From a virus (taxonomy: Duplodnaviria; Heunggongvirae; Uroviricota; Caudoviricetes), in IMG/VR virus record IMGVR_UViG_2713896897_000002: a stretch of DNA of 11,722 nucleotides, one strand, 5' to 3'. The notes below the pieces were generated by a model, which made no database searches, was not told the origin of the DNA, and saw nothing but the letters and a program-made list of their open reading frames with translations. The translations under genes were made by a program, and so were the position numbers. Shown piece after piece: positions 1-7,427 of the stretch. Position 1 is the stretch's first letter. Every line of letters begins with the position of its first letter.

Positions 1-1
1 G

Positions 2-268
2 ATGCACCACAGGAAGTCAGGAAACACGAAGCTGGGGGAATTCGGGAACTACAGTAACGACTGGCAGACGCTGGAGCTGGTGTTTACAGCCGGCAGTGAC
101 ACGGTTACCCCGAAACTGAATGGTGTGGCAGGTTCGTCATTCCAGGTCATAAAAGACAGTCTGACGCTGGGACTGAATGCGTTGACGCTGACGGATGTTA
201 CAAAAAGTGCCACGTATGGCGTTGAGATAGAAAGCCTGGTGCTGAAGATAAGTGCACTGGCACCATAA
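2..268 (+). CDS. Hypothetical protein, 3' portion (frame open to window edge; true start may lie upstream)
   Basis: Open frame from position 2 to TAA at 266-268. The translation is Cys/His-free and rich in alternating T/S/V/L (beta-strand-like). It does not resemble the zinc-binding lambda Q antiterminator, which would be expected here by synteny. Minus-strand ORFs overlap it, so coding status is uncertain. Confidence 0.35.
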   Translation: MHHRKSGNTKLGEFGNYSNDWQTLELVFTAGSDTVTPKLNGVAGSSFQVIKDSLTLGLNALTLTDVTKSATYGVEIESLVLKISALAP

Positions 269-465
269 TAAAAAAGGGCCAGCACTGGCATTCGCCGGGA
301 AGATGCTGGCTCAAAAGGATGCCGTATTTCACATGATACTTATACCTGGCAGTGAATTTTCTGGCAGGCATTGACGGATATTGTGGCATTTACAGATTGA
401 AGCGGGGGGATGTTATCTGGCGTTTTTAGCAGAGACTGAATGACATAACCACGGCCCCGGTGATG

Positions 466-501
466 GCCGTCAGTTGGTGACACTGGCGGCTTTTTTTGTT
501 T
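466..501 (+). terminator. Rho-independent terminator (tR'-like) 40 bp upstream of the holin gene
   Basis: GCCGTCAGT (466-474), 7-nt loop, ACTGGCGGC (482-490) gives a 9-bp stem with one G-U wobble, followed by TTTTTTTGTTTT (491-502). Its position matches the lambdoid late terminator that Q antitermination must read through. Confidence 0.55.
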
Positions 502-541
502 TCGGCCACTTTCATTTTCTGCCGGCAGAGACATATATCAG

Positions 542-748
542 ATGGAAAAAATCACAGCGGGCGTTGCTTACGGCACATCTGCCGGCAGCGCTGGCTACTG
601 GTTTTTACAGTGGCTTGATCAGGTCAGTCCGTCACAGTGGGCTGCGATTGGTGTGCTGGGAAGTCTGGTTCTGGGCTTTCTGACTTACCTGACAAATCTG
701 TACTTCAAAATCAGAGAAGACAAGCGTAAGGCTGCGAGAGGTGAATAA
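542..748 (+). CDS. S: Class II holin (pinholin), phage-21 S-type
   Basis: The 68-aa product [68 protein letters not shown] closely matches recalled S21 pinholin. It has a Gly/Ala-rich first transmembrane domain, a second hydrophobic domain and a charged C-terminus. Its stop overlaps the endolysin start (TAATG). Confidence 0.85.
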   Translation: MEKITAGVAYGTSAGSAGYWFLQWLDQVSPSQWAAIGVLGSLVLGFLTYLTNLYFKIREDKRKAARGE

Positions 749-1245
749 TGCCTCCATCATTACGAAAAGCCGTTGCTGCTGTTATTGGTGGCGGAGCAAT
801 TGCTATAGCATCAGTGTTAATCACTGGCCCAAGTGGTAACGATGGTCTGGAAGGTGTCAGCTACATACCATACAAAGATATTGTTGGTGTATGGACTGTA
901 TGTCACGGGCATACAGGAAAAGACATCATGCTCGGTAAAACGTATACCGAAGCAGAATGCAAAGCCCTCCTGAATAAAGACCTTGCCACTGTTGCCAGAC
1001 AAATTAACCCGTACATCAAAGTCGATATACCGGAAACAACGCGCGGCGCTCTTTATTCGTTCGTCTATAACGTGGGTGCCGGCAATTTCAGAACATCGAC
1101 GCTTCTTCGCAAAATAAACCAGGGCGATATTAAAGGTGCATGTGATCAGTTACGTCGTTGGACATACGCTGGCGGTAAGCAATGGAAAGGCCTGATGACT
1201 CGTCGTGAGATTGAGCGTGAAGTCTGTTTGTGGGGGCAGCAATGA
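748..1245 (+). CDS. R: SAR endolysin (signal-arrest-release lysozyme, T4-lysozyme/GH24-like; R21-type)
   Basis: N-terminal SAR domain [18 protein letters not shown] after a basic stretch. Catalytic triad spacing is E35, D44, T50 (GLEG...KDIVGVWT), as in P1 Lyz / R21. It is coupled to the holin upstream and to Rz downstream (ATGA overlap at 1242-1245). Confidence 0.9.
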   Translation: MPPSLRKAVAAVIGGGAIAIASVLITGPSGNDGLEGVSYIPYKDIVGVWTVCHGHTGKDIMLGKTYTEAECKALLNKDLATVARQINPYIKVDIPETTRGALYSFVYNVGAGNFRTSTLLRKINQGDIKGACDQLRRWTYAGGKQWKGLMTRREIEREVCLWGQQ

Positions 1246-1679
1246 GCAGGGTAACCGCAATCATCTCCGCTCTGGTTATCTGCATCATCGTCTGTCTGTC
1301 ATGGACTGTTAATCATTACCGTGATAACGCCATCGCTTACAAAGAACAGCGCGATAAAGCCACATCCATCATCGCTGATATGCAGAAGCGTCAACGTGAT
1401 GTAGCAGAACTCGACGCCAGATATACAAAGGAGCTTGCTGATGCTAACGCGACTATTGAAAGTCTCCGTGCTGATGTTTCTGCTGGTCGTAAGCGCCTGC
1501 AAGTCGCCGCCACCTGTGCAAAGTCAACGACCGGAGCCAGCGGCATGGGCGATGGAGAAAGCCCAGGACTTACAGCAGATGCTGAACTCAATTATTACCG
1601 TCTCCGAAGTGGAATCGACAGGATAACCGCGCAGGTTAACTACTTGCAGGAATACATCAGGACGCAATGCCTGAAATAA
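1242..1679 (+). CDS. Rz: Rz i-spanin (inner-membrane spanin subunit)
   Basis: ATG at 1242 preceded by GGGGG. The N-terminal membrane anchor [16 protein letters not shown], coiled-coil-like periplasmic domain and C-terminal region are near-identical to recalled lambda Rz ([30 protein letters not shown]...). The ORF track's GTG at 1230 is less likely. Confidence 0.85.
   Translation: MSRVTAIISALVICIIVCLSWTVNHYRDNAIAYKEQRDKATSIIADMQKRQRDVAELDARYTKELADANATIESLRADVSAGRKRLQVAATCAKSTTGASGMGDGESPGLTADAELNYYRLRSGIDRITAQVNYLQEYIRTQCLK
1441..1626 (+). CDS. Rz1: Rz1 o-spanin (outer-membrane lipoprotein), embedded in the +1 frame of Rz
   Basis: AAGGAG (1427-1432) lies 8 nt before ATG 1441. The product [27 protein letters not shown]... 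has a signal peptide, a lipobox-like VSAC with the Cys, and a proline-rich mature region. It lies wholly inside Rz, the canonical embedded spanin architecture. Confidence 0.8.
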   Translation: MLTRLLKVSVLMFLLVVSACKSPPPVQSQRPEPAAWAMEKAQDLQQMLNSIITVSEVESTG

Positions 1680-1710
1680 TTTTTTTGCAAATCACAAAGT
1701 CAATTTAATG

Positions 1711-1737
1711 AGCCTCGCGATGCGGGGCTTTTTTTTA
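1711..1737 (+). terminator. Rho-independent terminator after the lysis cassette
   Basis: AGCCTCGC (1711-1718), GAT loop, GCGGGGCT (1722-1729), then an 8-T run (1729-1737), about 30 nt after the Rz stop. Confidence 0.55.
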
Positions 1738-1881
1738 CATCTGAATTTCACAGCGTATCGCAGCGCGTAACAATCCCGAGTCTTTCAGAAAGCTGAGCCT
1801 GAGAACTGCCGTATAGGTGAGGACCTCTCGGGGACGGCTTTTCTGTGCGAACAGGCTCAACTTTCTAAAGGAAATACCGAC

Positions 1882-2478
1882 ATGAACAAATCATTAACCG
1901 TTCTTCCTTCTGGCGAATACCCGACCATGAGCAGTCTTGAGATGGTGGATTACATTAATGCTGATCGGAAATCCAAAGCGGAGGCGGAGGGGCTTGCGTT
2001 CCCCTGTAAGAAATATCGCAAACTCGAACACCGCAGTTTCATGAAGAAAGTACCCAAGGTCCTCGGGGATGCAGCTGCAAAATTTTTTGCAACTGATACC
2101 TATATCAACGGAACAGGTGGTGTTGTGGAGAGGGATATTTGCAATTTTCCCAAGCGTGAAGCTTGCCTCATGGCAATGAGCTACAGCTATGAGCTTCAGG
2201 CGCAGGTGTATGACCACATGACTGAGCTTGAGGGTGGGAAGGAGATTAACCTTCTCGATTTCTCTGGCCTGACCGATATGGCAATCAGCGAAATGCAAAA
2301 CCGTGTCGCGGCTGCTGAGAAGTTCTCATTTGAAATGCACGGTCAAGCAGGTAGCGCTCTCATGACTCGTCGGAAGAAAGAGAAGAAGGCCATTAAAAAG
2401 GCTGAGCAGCTTGTGAAGGATCTTATTCAGTTCAAGCTATGTGACATGGGGGACTTCCCTGATGGTAAACCAGCATGA
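1882..2478 (+). CDS. rha: Rha-family phage regulatory protein (putative); accessory gene between lysis cassette and cos
   Basis: 198-aa ORF with AAAGGA upstream of ATG 1882. The N-terminal half (MSSLEMVDYIN...HRSFMKKVPKVL...YINGTGGVVERDICNFPKREACLMAMSY) fits the Rha pattern as I recall it. Position (after Rz, before the terminase small subunit) and size match the rha/orf201 genes of phi80 and P22. The C-terminal half is unrecognised. Assignment is from memory only. Confidence 0.55.
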   Translation: MNKSLTVLPSGEYPTMSSLEMVDYINADRKSKAEAEGLAFPCKKYRKLEHRSFMKKVPKVLGDAAAKFFATDTYINGTGGVVERDICNFPKREACLMAMSYSYELQAQVYDHMTELEGGKEINLLDFSGLTDMAISEMQNRVAAAEKFSFEMHGQAGSALMTRRKKEKKAIKKAEQLVKDLIQFKLCDMGDFPDGKPA

Positions 2479-2678
2479 CTCCGATTGATTTCATACATAA
2501 AAATGTAACAACCGAGTTAATAAAGCTTGGATACGACCAAAACGCGGCTATGACTGGCGCTGACATGGCGGTGGAACATTACCGCCGTTGTTCACAAGCC
2601 AGCAGAAAAGGCCGAATTTTCGATGACTGCCTGTACATTGCAAAACAGTGGGCAGGTAAACAGAAAGGGAAAAAATGA
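2475..2678 (+). CDS. Hypothetical small protein (67 aa), translationally coupled to the upstream gene
   Basis: ATGA start/stop overlap at 2475-2478. Basic C-terminus (GKQKGKK), no recognisable motif, AT-rich like its neighbour. Followed by hairpins at about 2695-2750. Confidence 0.45.
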   Translation: MTPIDFIHKNVTTELIKLGYDQNAAMTGADMAVEHYRRCSQASRKGRIFDDCLYIAKQWAGKQKGKK

Positions 2679-2912
2679 CAGTCTGAGAGCCACTTTCACA
2701 ACGGCTCTCCATTACAAAGCCCATCTACTGGTGGGCTTGATAATGGCTTATACCCTACACGGGATAACTTAACTGATATCCCTTTTAACGGATAAAGGTA
2801 TTCAGGCCTGACACATCATGCGCTGTATCGTCGCTGTATTTCCGCATTAACCATGACCGTAGCCCGACGGGGAACTCCTCTGCGCGAGCATGCAGGATGT
2901 TGATTCATTGCT

Positions 2913-2930
2913 GTGCGACCGTGGTCGCAC
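2913..2930. repeat. Perfect 8-bp inverted repeat with 2-bp spacer (GTGCGACC gt GGTCGCAC)
   Basis: Read directly from the sequence; lies about 85 bp upstream of cosN in the non-coding cos-proximal region. Confidence 0.6.
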
Positions 2931-2987
2931 GACGCTGGTCTGTAAGATATTGAATTTATTGAGAATGAACCAGAGCGCCTGCGGGTC

Positions 2988-3011
2988 CTTTCCGGCGATC
3001 CGGCAGGCTAC
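2988..3011. other. cosQ-like element (packaging termination signal) just upstream of cosN
   Basis: GGGTCCTTTCCGGCGATCCGGCAGGCTACG closely matches the recalled lambda right-end sequence GGGTCCTTTCCGGTGATCCGACAGGTTACG that immediately precedes the cohesive end. Confidence 0.7.
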
Positions 3012-3012
3012 G

Positions 3013-3024
3013 GGGCGGCGACCT
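3013..3024. other. cos: cosN: 12-nt cohesive-end sequence GGGCGGCGACCT (terminase nicking site; virion DNA ends)
   Basis: Exact lambda cohesive-end 12-mer, embedded in GGGGCGGCGACCTCGCGGTTTTTCACTATTTATGAAAATTTT, which closely matches the recalled lambda left-end sequence. Confidence 0.85.
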
Positions 3025-3199
3025 CGCGGTTTTTCACTATTTATGAAAATTTTTCAGGGAAAATCGTGTCGGTACTTCTCGAATATAACTTTTTGTTTTT
3101 TTTAATATTGCTTTCATAAAGGTCCGACATGAAAGTGTCCGAAAATGCCTTTTTCTGGCGTTTTCATGTCGGGCCTTGTATTTGATAATGGGGTGTTTT
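3025..3199. promoter_or_regulatory. cosB-like terminase small-subunit binding region with dyad repeats (diverged from lambda R sites)
   Basis: Lies between cosN and the Nu1 start. Contains GGTCCGACATGAAA (3121-3134) and its near-perfect inverted copy TTTCATGTCGGGCC (3163-3176), a third GTCCGA copy at 3137-3142, an overlapping small dyad CTTTCAT/ATGAAAG (3112-3135) and A/T tracts. It does not match lambda R-site sequence as I recall it. Confidence 0.5.
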
Positions 3200-3748
3200 A
3201 TGAAGGTTAATAAAAAGAGGCTTGCCGAAATTTTTAACGTGGACCCGCGGACGATTGAACGCTGGCAGTCTCAGGGGCTCCCTTGCGTCTCCAAAGGCAG
3301 TAAGGGCATTGAATCTGTATTTGATACTGCCATGGCAATTCAGTGGTATGCGCAGAGGGAAACTGATATCGAAAACGAAAAGCTCCGCAAAGAACTGGAC
3401 GATTTGCGTGCGGCAGCGGAGTCAGATTTACAACCCGGCACCATTGACTATGAACGCTACCGGCTCACAAAAGCGCAGGCAGATGCGCAGGAACTGAAAA
3501 ATGCCCGTGAAGACGGAGTGGTGCTGGAAACTGAACTGTTTACCTTCATTCTGCAACGTGTGGCACAGGAGATTTCGGGGATACTTGTGCGTGTGCCGTT
3601 GACATTACAGCGTAAATATCCGGACATTTCACCATCACACCTTGATGTGGTGAAAACTGAAATCGCGAAAGCCTCCAATGTTGCAGCTAAGGCCGGTGAA
3701 AACGTGGGCGGGTGGATCGATGATTTCAGACGCACAGAAGGCAGCTAA
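3200..3748 (+). CDS. nu1: Terminase small subunit (gpNu1-like)
   Basis: [28 protein letters not shown]... aligns along its whole length with recalled lambda Nu1 (MEVNKKQLADIFGASIRTIQNWQEQGMP...). Winged-HTH N-terminus. ATG at 3200 is preferred over the upstream TTG at 3176. Confidence 0.9.
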   Translation: MKVNKKRLAEIFNVDPRTIERWQSQGLPCVSKGSKGIESVFDTAMAIQWYAQRETDIENEKLRKELDDLRAAAESDLQPGTIDYERYRLTKAQADAQELKNAREDGVVLETELFTFILQRVAQEISGILVRVPLTLQRKYPDISPSHLDVVKTEIAKASNVAAKAGENVGGWIDDFRRTEGS

Positions 3749-5648
3749 TGCAGCCGGTGCGATAGCTACAGGGCTTTTATCTCTCATTATTCCTGTTCCA
3801 CTGACGACAGTTCAGTGGGCCAATAAACATTATTACCTTCCTAAAGAGTCGTCTTATACCCCGGGGCGGTGGGAAACACTGCCGTTTCAGGTTGGCATCA
3901 TGAACTGTATGGGCAACGATCTGATTCGCACTGTTAACCTGATTAAATCTGCCCGTGTTGGTTATACAAAGATGTTGCTGGGAGTGGAGGCTTATTTTAT
4001 TGAGCATAAATCACGCAACAGCCTTCTTTTTCAGCCCACGGACTCAGCCGCTGAAGATTTTATGAAATCTCATGTTGAGCCAACGATAAGGGATGTTCCT
4101 GCATTGCTGGAGCTGGCTCCATGGTTCGGAAGAAAACACCGCGATAATACGCTCACCCTGAAGCGTTTTTCCTCCGGTGTGGGGTTCTGGTGTCTGGGTG
4201 GTGCGGCAGCAAAAAACTACCGTGAAAAATCCGTGGATGTGGTCTGTTATGACGAGCTTTCCTCGTTCGAACCGGATGTTGAAAAAGAGGGGTCGCCAAC
4301 CCTGCTGGGGGATAAACGTATTGAGGGCTCTGTATGGCCAAAATCCATTCGCGGCTCGACGCCTAAAATCAAAGGCTCCTGCCAGATCGAAAAAGCCGCT
4401 AACGAGTCGGCACATTTCATGCGTTTTTATGTGCCCTGTCCGCACTGTGGGGAGGAGCAGTATCTGAAATTTGGCGATGATGCCTCGCCTTTCGGTCTTA
4501 AGTGGGAGAAGAATAAGCCAGAAAGTGTTTTCTACCTTTGTGAGCATCATGGCTGTGTGATCCATCAGTCTGAGCTTGACCAGAGTAACGGGCGGTGGAT
4601 CTGTGAAAACACGGGCATGTGGACCCGTGACGGCCTGATGTTTTTCAGCGCCCGGGGTGATGAAATTCCGCCGCCGCGCTCCATCACTTTCCATATCTGG
4701 ACGGCGTACAGTCCGTTCACCACTTGGGTACAGATTGTCTATGACTGGCTGGATGCACTGAAAGATCCCAACGGCCTGAAAACCTTTGTGAACACCACGC
4801 TGGGCGAGACCTACGAAGAGGCCGTGGGCGAAAAACTCGATCACCAGGTACTGATGGATAAGGTTGTGCGTTACACGGCGGCGGTGCCTGCCCGGGTGGT
4901 TTATCTGACGGCGGGCATTGACTCGCAGCGAAACCGTTTTGAGATGTATGTCTGGGGATGGGCTCCGGGAGAGGAAGCCTTTCTGGTGGATAAAATCGTC
5001 ATTATGGGGCGTCCCGATGAGGAAGAGACGCTGTTACGTGTGGACGCGGCGATCAACAAAAAATACCGCCATGCAGACGGAACCGAAATGACTATTTCCC
5101 GTGTCTGCTGGGACATCGGGGGGATCGATGGCGAAATCGTTTATCAGAGGTCAAAAAAACACGGTGTTTTCCGGGTGCTGCCGATAAAAGGCGCATCTGT
5201 CTATGGCAAGCCGGTGATCACCATGCCAAAAACCCGCAATCAGCGGGGCGTGTATCTGTGTGAAGTGGGGACGGACACCGCAAAAGAAATTCTCTATGCC
5301 CGTATGAAAGCCGATCCCACGCCTGTGGATGAAGCCACGTCGTATGCCATCCGTTTTCCTGATGATCCGGAGATTTTTTCGCAGACAGAGGCGCAGCAAC
5401 TGGTCGCGGAAGAGCTTGTGGAGAAGTGGGAAAAAGGAAACAAGATGCGTCTGCTGTGGGATAAAAAGCGGCGTAACGAAGCGCTGGACTGCCTGGTGTA
5501 TGCCTACGCGGCATTACGTGTGTCCGTGCAACGCTGGCAGCTTGATCTGGTTGTACTGGCAAAATCCCGGGAAGAAGAGACGACCCGGCCAACCCTTAAA
5601 GAACTGGCAGCGAAGCTGTCCGGAGGAGTGAATGGTTACAGTCGCTGA
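3720..5648 (+). CDS. A: Terminase large subunit (gpA-like; ATPase/endonuclease)
   Basis: Strong collinear match to recalled lambda gpA ([25 protein letters not shown]...[22 protein letters not shown]...). About 642 aa. ATG at 3720 (MISDAQ...) overlaps the Nu1 3' end by 29 nt, as in lambda. The extension to 3678 is unlikely. Confidence 0.9.
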   Translation: MISDAQKAANAAGAIATGLLSLIIPVPLTTVQWANKHYYLPKESSYTPGRWETLPFQVGIMNCMGNDLIRTVNLIKSARVGYTKMLLGVEAYFIEHKSRNSLLFQPTDSAAEDFMKSHVEPTIRDVPALLELAPWFGRKHRDNTLTLKRFSSGVGFWCLGGAAAKNYREKSVDVVCYDELSSFEPDVEKEGSPTLLGDKRIEGSVWPKSIRGSTPKIKGSCQIEKAANESAHFMRFYVPCPHCGEEQYLKFGDDASPFGLKWEKNKPESVFYLCEHHGCVIHQSELDQSNGRWICENTGMWTRDGLMFFSARGDEIPPPRSITFHIWTAYSPFTTWVQIVYDWLDALKDPNGLKTFVNTTLGETYEEAVGEKLDHQVLMDKVVRYTAAVPARVVYLTAGIDSQRNRFEMYVWGWAPGEEAFLVDKIVIMGRPDEEETLLRVDAAINKKYRHADGTEMTISRVCWDIGGIDGEIVYQRSKKHGVFRVLPIKGASVYGKPVITMPKTRNQRGVYLCEVGTDTAKEILYARMKADPTPVDEATSYAIRFPDDPEIFSQTEAQQLVAEELVEKWEKGNKMRLLWDKKRRNEALDCLVYAYAALRVSVQRWQLDLVVLAKSREEETTRPTLKELAAKLSGGVNGYSR

Positions 5649-5838
5649 ACTGCAGGCGCTGCGTCAGGCGCGCCTTGATTTATTAACCGGTAAACGGGTG
5701 GTGTCGGTCCAGAAAGATGGTCGCAGAATTGAATATACGGCGGCTTCTCTGGATGAGCTTAACCGGGCGATCAATGATGCGGAGTCGGTACTGGGGACAA
5801 CCCGGCGTCGCCGTCGTCCGCTGGGAGTGAGGTTATGA
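5632..5838 (+). CDS. W: Head-tail joining / head completion protein (gpW-like)
   Basis: The 68-aa product [40 protein letters not shown]... matches recalled lambda gpW (…[22 protein letters not shown]…). It overlaps the A 3' end and is coupled to the portal gene by an ATGA overlap. Confidence 0.85.
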   Translation: MVTVAELQALRQARLDLLTGKRVVSVQKDGRRIEYTAASLDELNRAINDAESVLGTTRRRRRPLGVRL

Positions 5839-7427
5839 AACGAACGCCTGTCCTGATTGATGTGAACGGCGTTCCGCTTCGTGAGAGTCTCAGCTACAAC
5901 GGGGGCGGTGCAGGATTTGGCGGGCAAATGGCGGAGTGGTTGCCACCGGCGCAGAGTGCCGATGCGGCCCTGCTTCCCGCGTTGCGTCTGGGGAATGCCC
6001 GGGCGGATGATCTGGTGCGCAATAACGGGATAGCGGCCAATGCGGTGGCACTGCATAAGGATCACATTGTCGGGCATATGTTTCTGATTAGCTACCGTCC
6101 GAACTGGCGCTGGCTGGGGATGCGGGAGACCGCAGCAAAAAGCTTTGTCGATGAGGTGGAGGCGGCCTGGTCGGAATACGCCGAAGGGATGTTTGGCGAG
6201 ATCGACGTGGAAGGAAAACGCACCTTCACGGAATTTATCCGTGAAGGTGTGGGCGTTCATGCGTTTAACGGCGAAATCTTTGTGCAGCCGGTCTGGGATA
6301 CGGAAACCACGCAGTTATTCCGTACGCATTTTAAAGCCGTGAGTCCGAAACGGGTGGACACGCCTGGACACGGTATGGGGAACCGTTTTCTGCGGGCCGG
6401 TGTGGAGGTCGATCGATATGGCCGTGCCGTCGCGTACCATATCTGTGAGGATGATTTTCCGTTCTCTGGTAGTGGACGATGGGAACGGATCCCGCGTGAA
6501 CTTCCCACCGGGCGTCCGGCCATGCTGCATATTTTCGAGCCGGTGGAGGACGGGCAGACCCGTGGGGCTAATCAGTTTTACAGCGTCATGGAACGGCTGA
6601 AGATGCTCGATTCCCTGCAGGCAACACAGCTTCAGTCGGCCATAGTGAAGGCGATGTATGCAGCGACGATTGAAAGTGAACTTGATACCGAAAAGGCCTT
6701 TGAATATATCGCCGGCGCGCCACAGGAGCAGAAGGATAATCCGCTTATTAATATTCTGGAGAAGTTCTCCAGCTGGTATGACACGAATAACGTGACACTG
6801 GGCGGTGTCAAAATTCCGCACCTTTTCCCTGGTGATGATCTGAAACTACAGACAGCGCAGGATTCAGACAATGGATTTTCTGCGCTTGAACAGGCGCTGC
6901 TGCGGTATATCGCCGCCGGTCTTGGCGTTTCCTACGAACAGTTGTCCCGTGATTACTCGAAGGTCAGTTACTCAAGTGCCCGCGCCTCCGCCAATGAGTC
7001 GTGGCGCTATTTTATGGGGCGGCGAAAATTTATTGCGGCCCGGCTGGCCACGCAGATGTTTTCCTGCTGGCTGGAAGAGGCACTTCTTCGGGGGATTATT
7101 CGTCCGCCACGGGCACGTTTTGATTTTTATCAGGCGCGATCAGCCTGGTCACGGGCAGAGTGGATTGGTGCCGGAAGAATGGCCATTGACGGGCTCAAGG
7201 AAGTCCAGGAATCAGTGATGCGCATTGAGGCCGGACTGAGCACGTATGAGAAAGAGCTGGCGCTAATGGGCGAGGATTATCAGGACATTTTCCGCCAGCA
7301 GGTCAGGGAATCTGCAGAGCGGCAAAAAGCCGGACTCTCACGTCCGGTGTGGATAGCGCAGGCGTATCAGCAGCAGATAGCGGAGAGTCGCAGGCCGGAA
7401 GAGGAGACAACACCACGTGAGACGTAA
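5835..7427 (+). CDS. B: Portal protein (gpB-like)
   Basis: 530 aa; position and length match lambda gpB (533 aa); ATGA overlap with W. Confidence 0.85.
   Translation: MKRTPVLIDVNGVPLRESLSYNGGGAGFGGQMAEWLPPAQSADAALLPALRLGNARADDLVRNNGIAANAVALHKDHIVGHMFLISYRPNWRWLGMRETAAKSFVDEVEAAWSEYAEGMFGEIDVEGKRTFTEFIREGVGVHAFNGEIFVQPVWDTETTQLFRTHFKAVSPKRVDTPGHGMGNRFLRAGVEVDRYGRAVAYHICEDDFPFSGSGRWERIPRELPTGRPAMLHIFEPVEDGQTRGANQFYSVMERLKMLDSLQATQLQSAIVKAMYAATIESELDTEKAFEYIAGAPQEQKDNPLINILEKFSSWYDTNNVTLGGVKIPHLFPGDDLKLQTAQDSDNGFSALEQALLRYIAAGLGVSYEQLSRDYSKVSYSSARASANESWRYFMGRRKFIAARLATQMFSCWLEEALLRGIIRPPRARFDFYQARSAWSRAEWIGAGRMAIDGLKEVQESVMRIEAGLSTYEKELALMGEDYQDIFRQQVRESAERQKAGLSRPVWIAQAYQQQIAESRRPEEETTPRET

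Noticed and set aside
2-268. Possibility that the left-edge ORF is the Q antiterminator
   Set aside because: No Cys/His zinc-binding motif and no resemblance to the lambda Q sequence I recall. It cannot be excluded as a Q of a family I do not remember, so it is left as hypothetical.
269-465. Candidate late promoter (TTGACG at 371-376 and nearby A/T hexamers)
   Set aside because: I could not find a -35/-10 pair with acceptable spacing, so no promoter feature is reported.
1894-2298. 134-aa minus-strand ORF opposite the Rha-like gene
   Set aside because: The + strand ORF is longer, has a ribosome-binding site, an Rha-like N-terminus and syntenic support; the antisense ORF has none of these.
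2890-3105. 71-aa + strand ORF spanning cosN
   Set aside because: It crosses the cohesive-end site and would be split in virion DNA. It has no ribosome-binding site, and the region matches recalled lambda cos non-coding sequence.
3176-3199. Upstream TTG start extending Nu1 (MYLIMGCFM…)
   Set aside because: The recalled lambda Nu1 alignment begins at MKVNKK (ATG 3200), and the extension would run into the cosB repeat.
1680-3200. IHF-binding sites near the Rha-like gene and in cosB
   Set aside because: Expected from lambda biology, but I found no convincing match to the WATCAANNNNTTR consensus by eye; not reported as a feature.
3678-3719. Upstream extension of the terminase large subunit
   Set aside because: It would overlap Nu1 by 70 nt. 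ATG 3720 gives a lambda-like 29-nt overlap and the expected protein length.
4044-4844. 266-aa minus-strand ORF
   Set aside because: Entirely antisense to the well-supported terminase large-subunit gene; no homology recognised. Long antisense ORFs are expected by chance in GC-rich coding DNA.
5664-6260. 198-aa minus-strand ORF
   Set aside because: Antisense to gpW and the portal gene, Arg/Pro-rich with no recognisable domain; judged spurious.
6315-6821. 168-aa minus-strand ORF
   Set aside because: Antisense within the portal gene; no motif; judged spurious.
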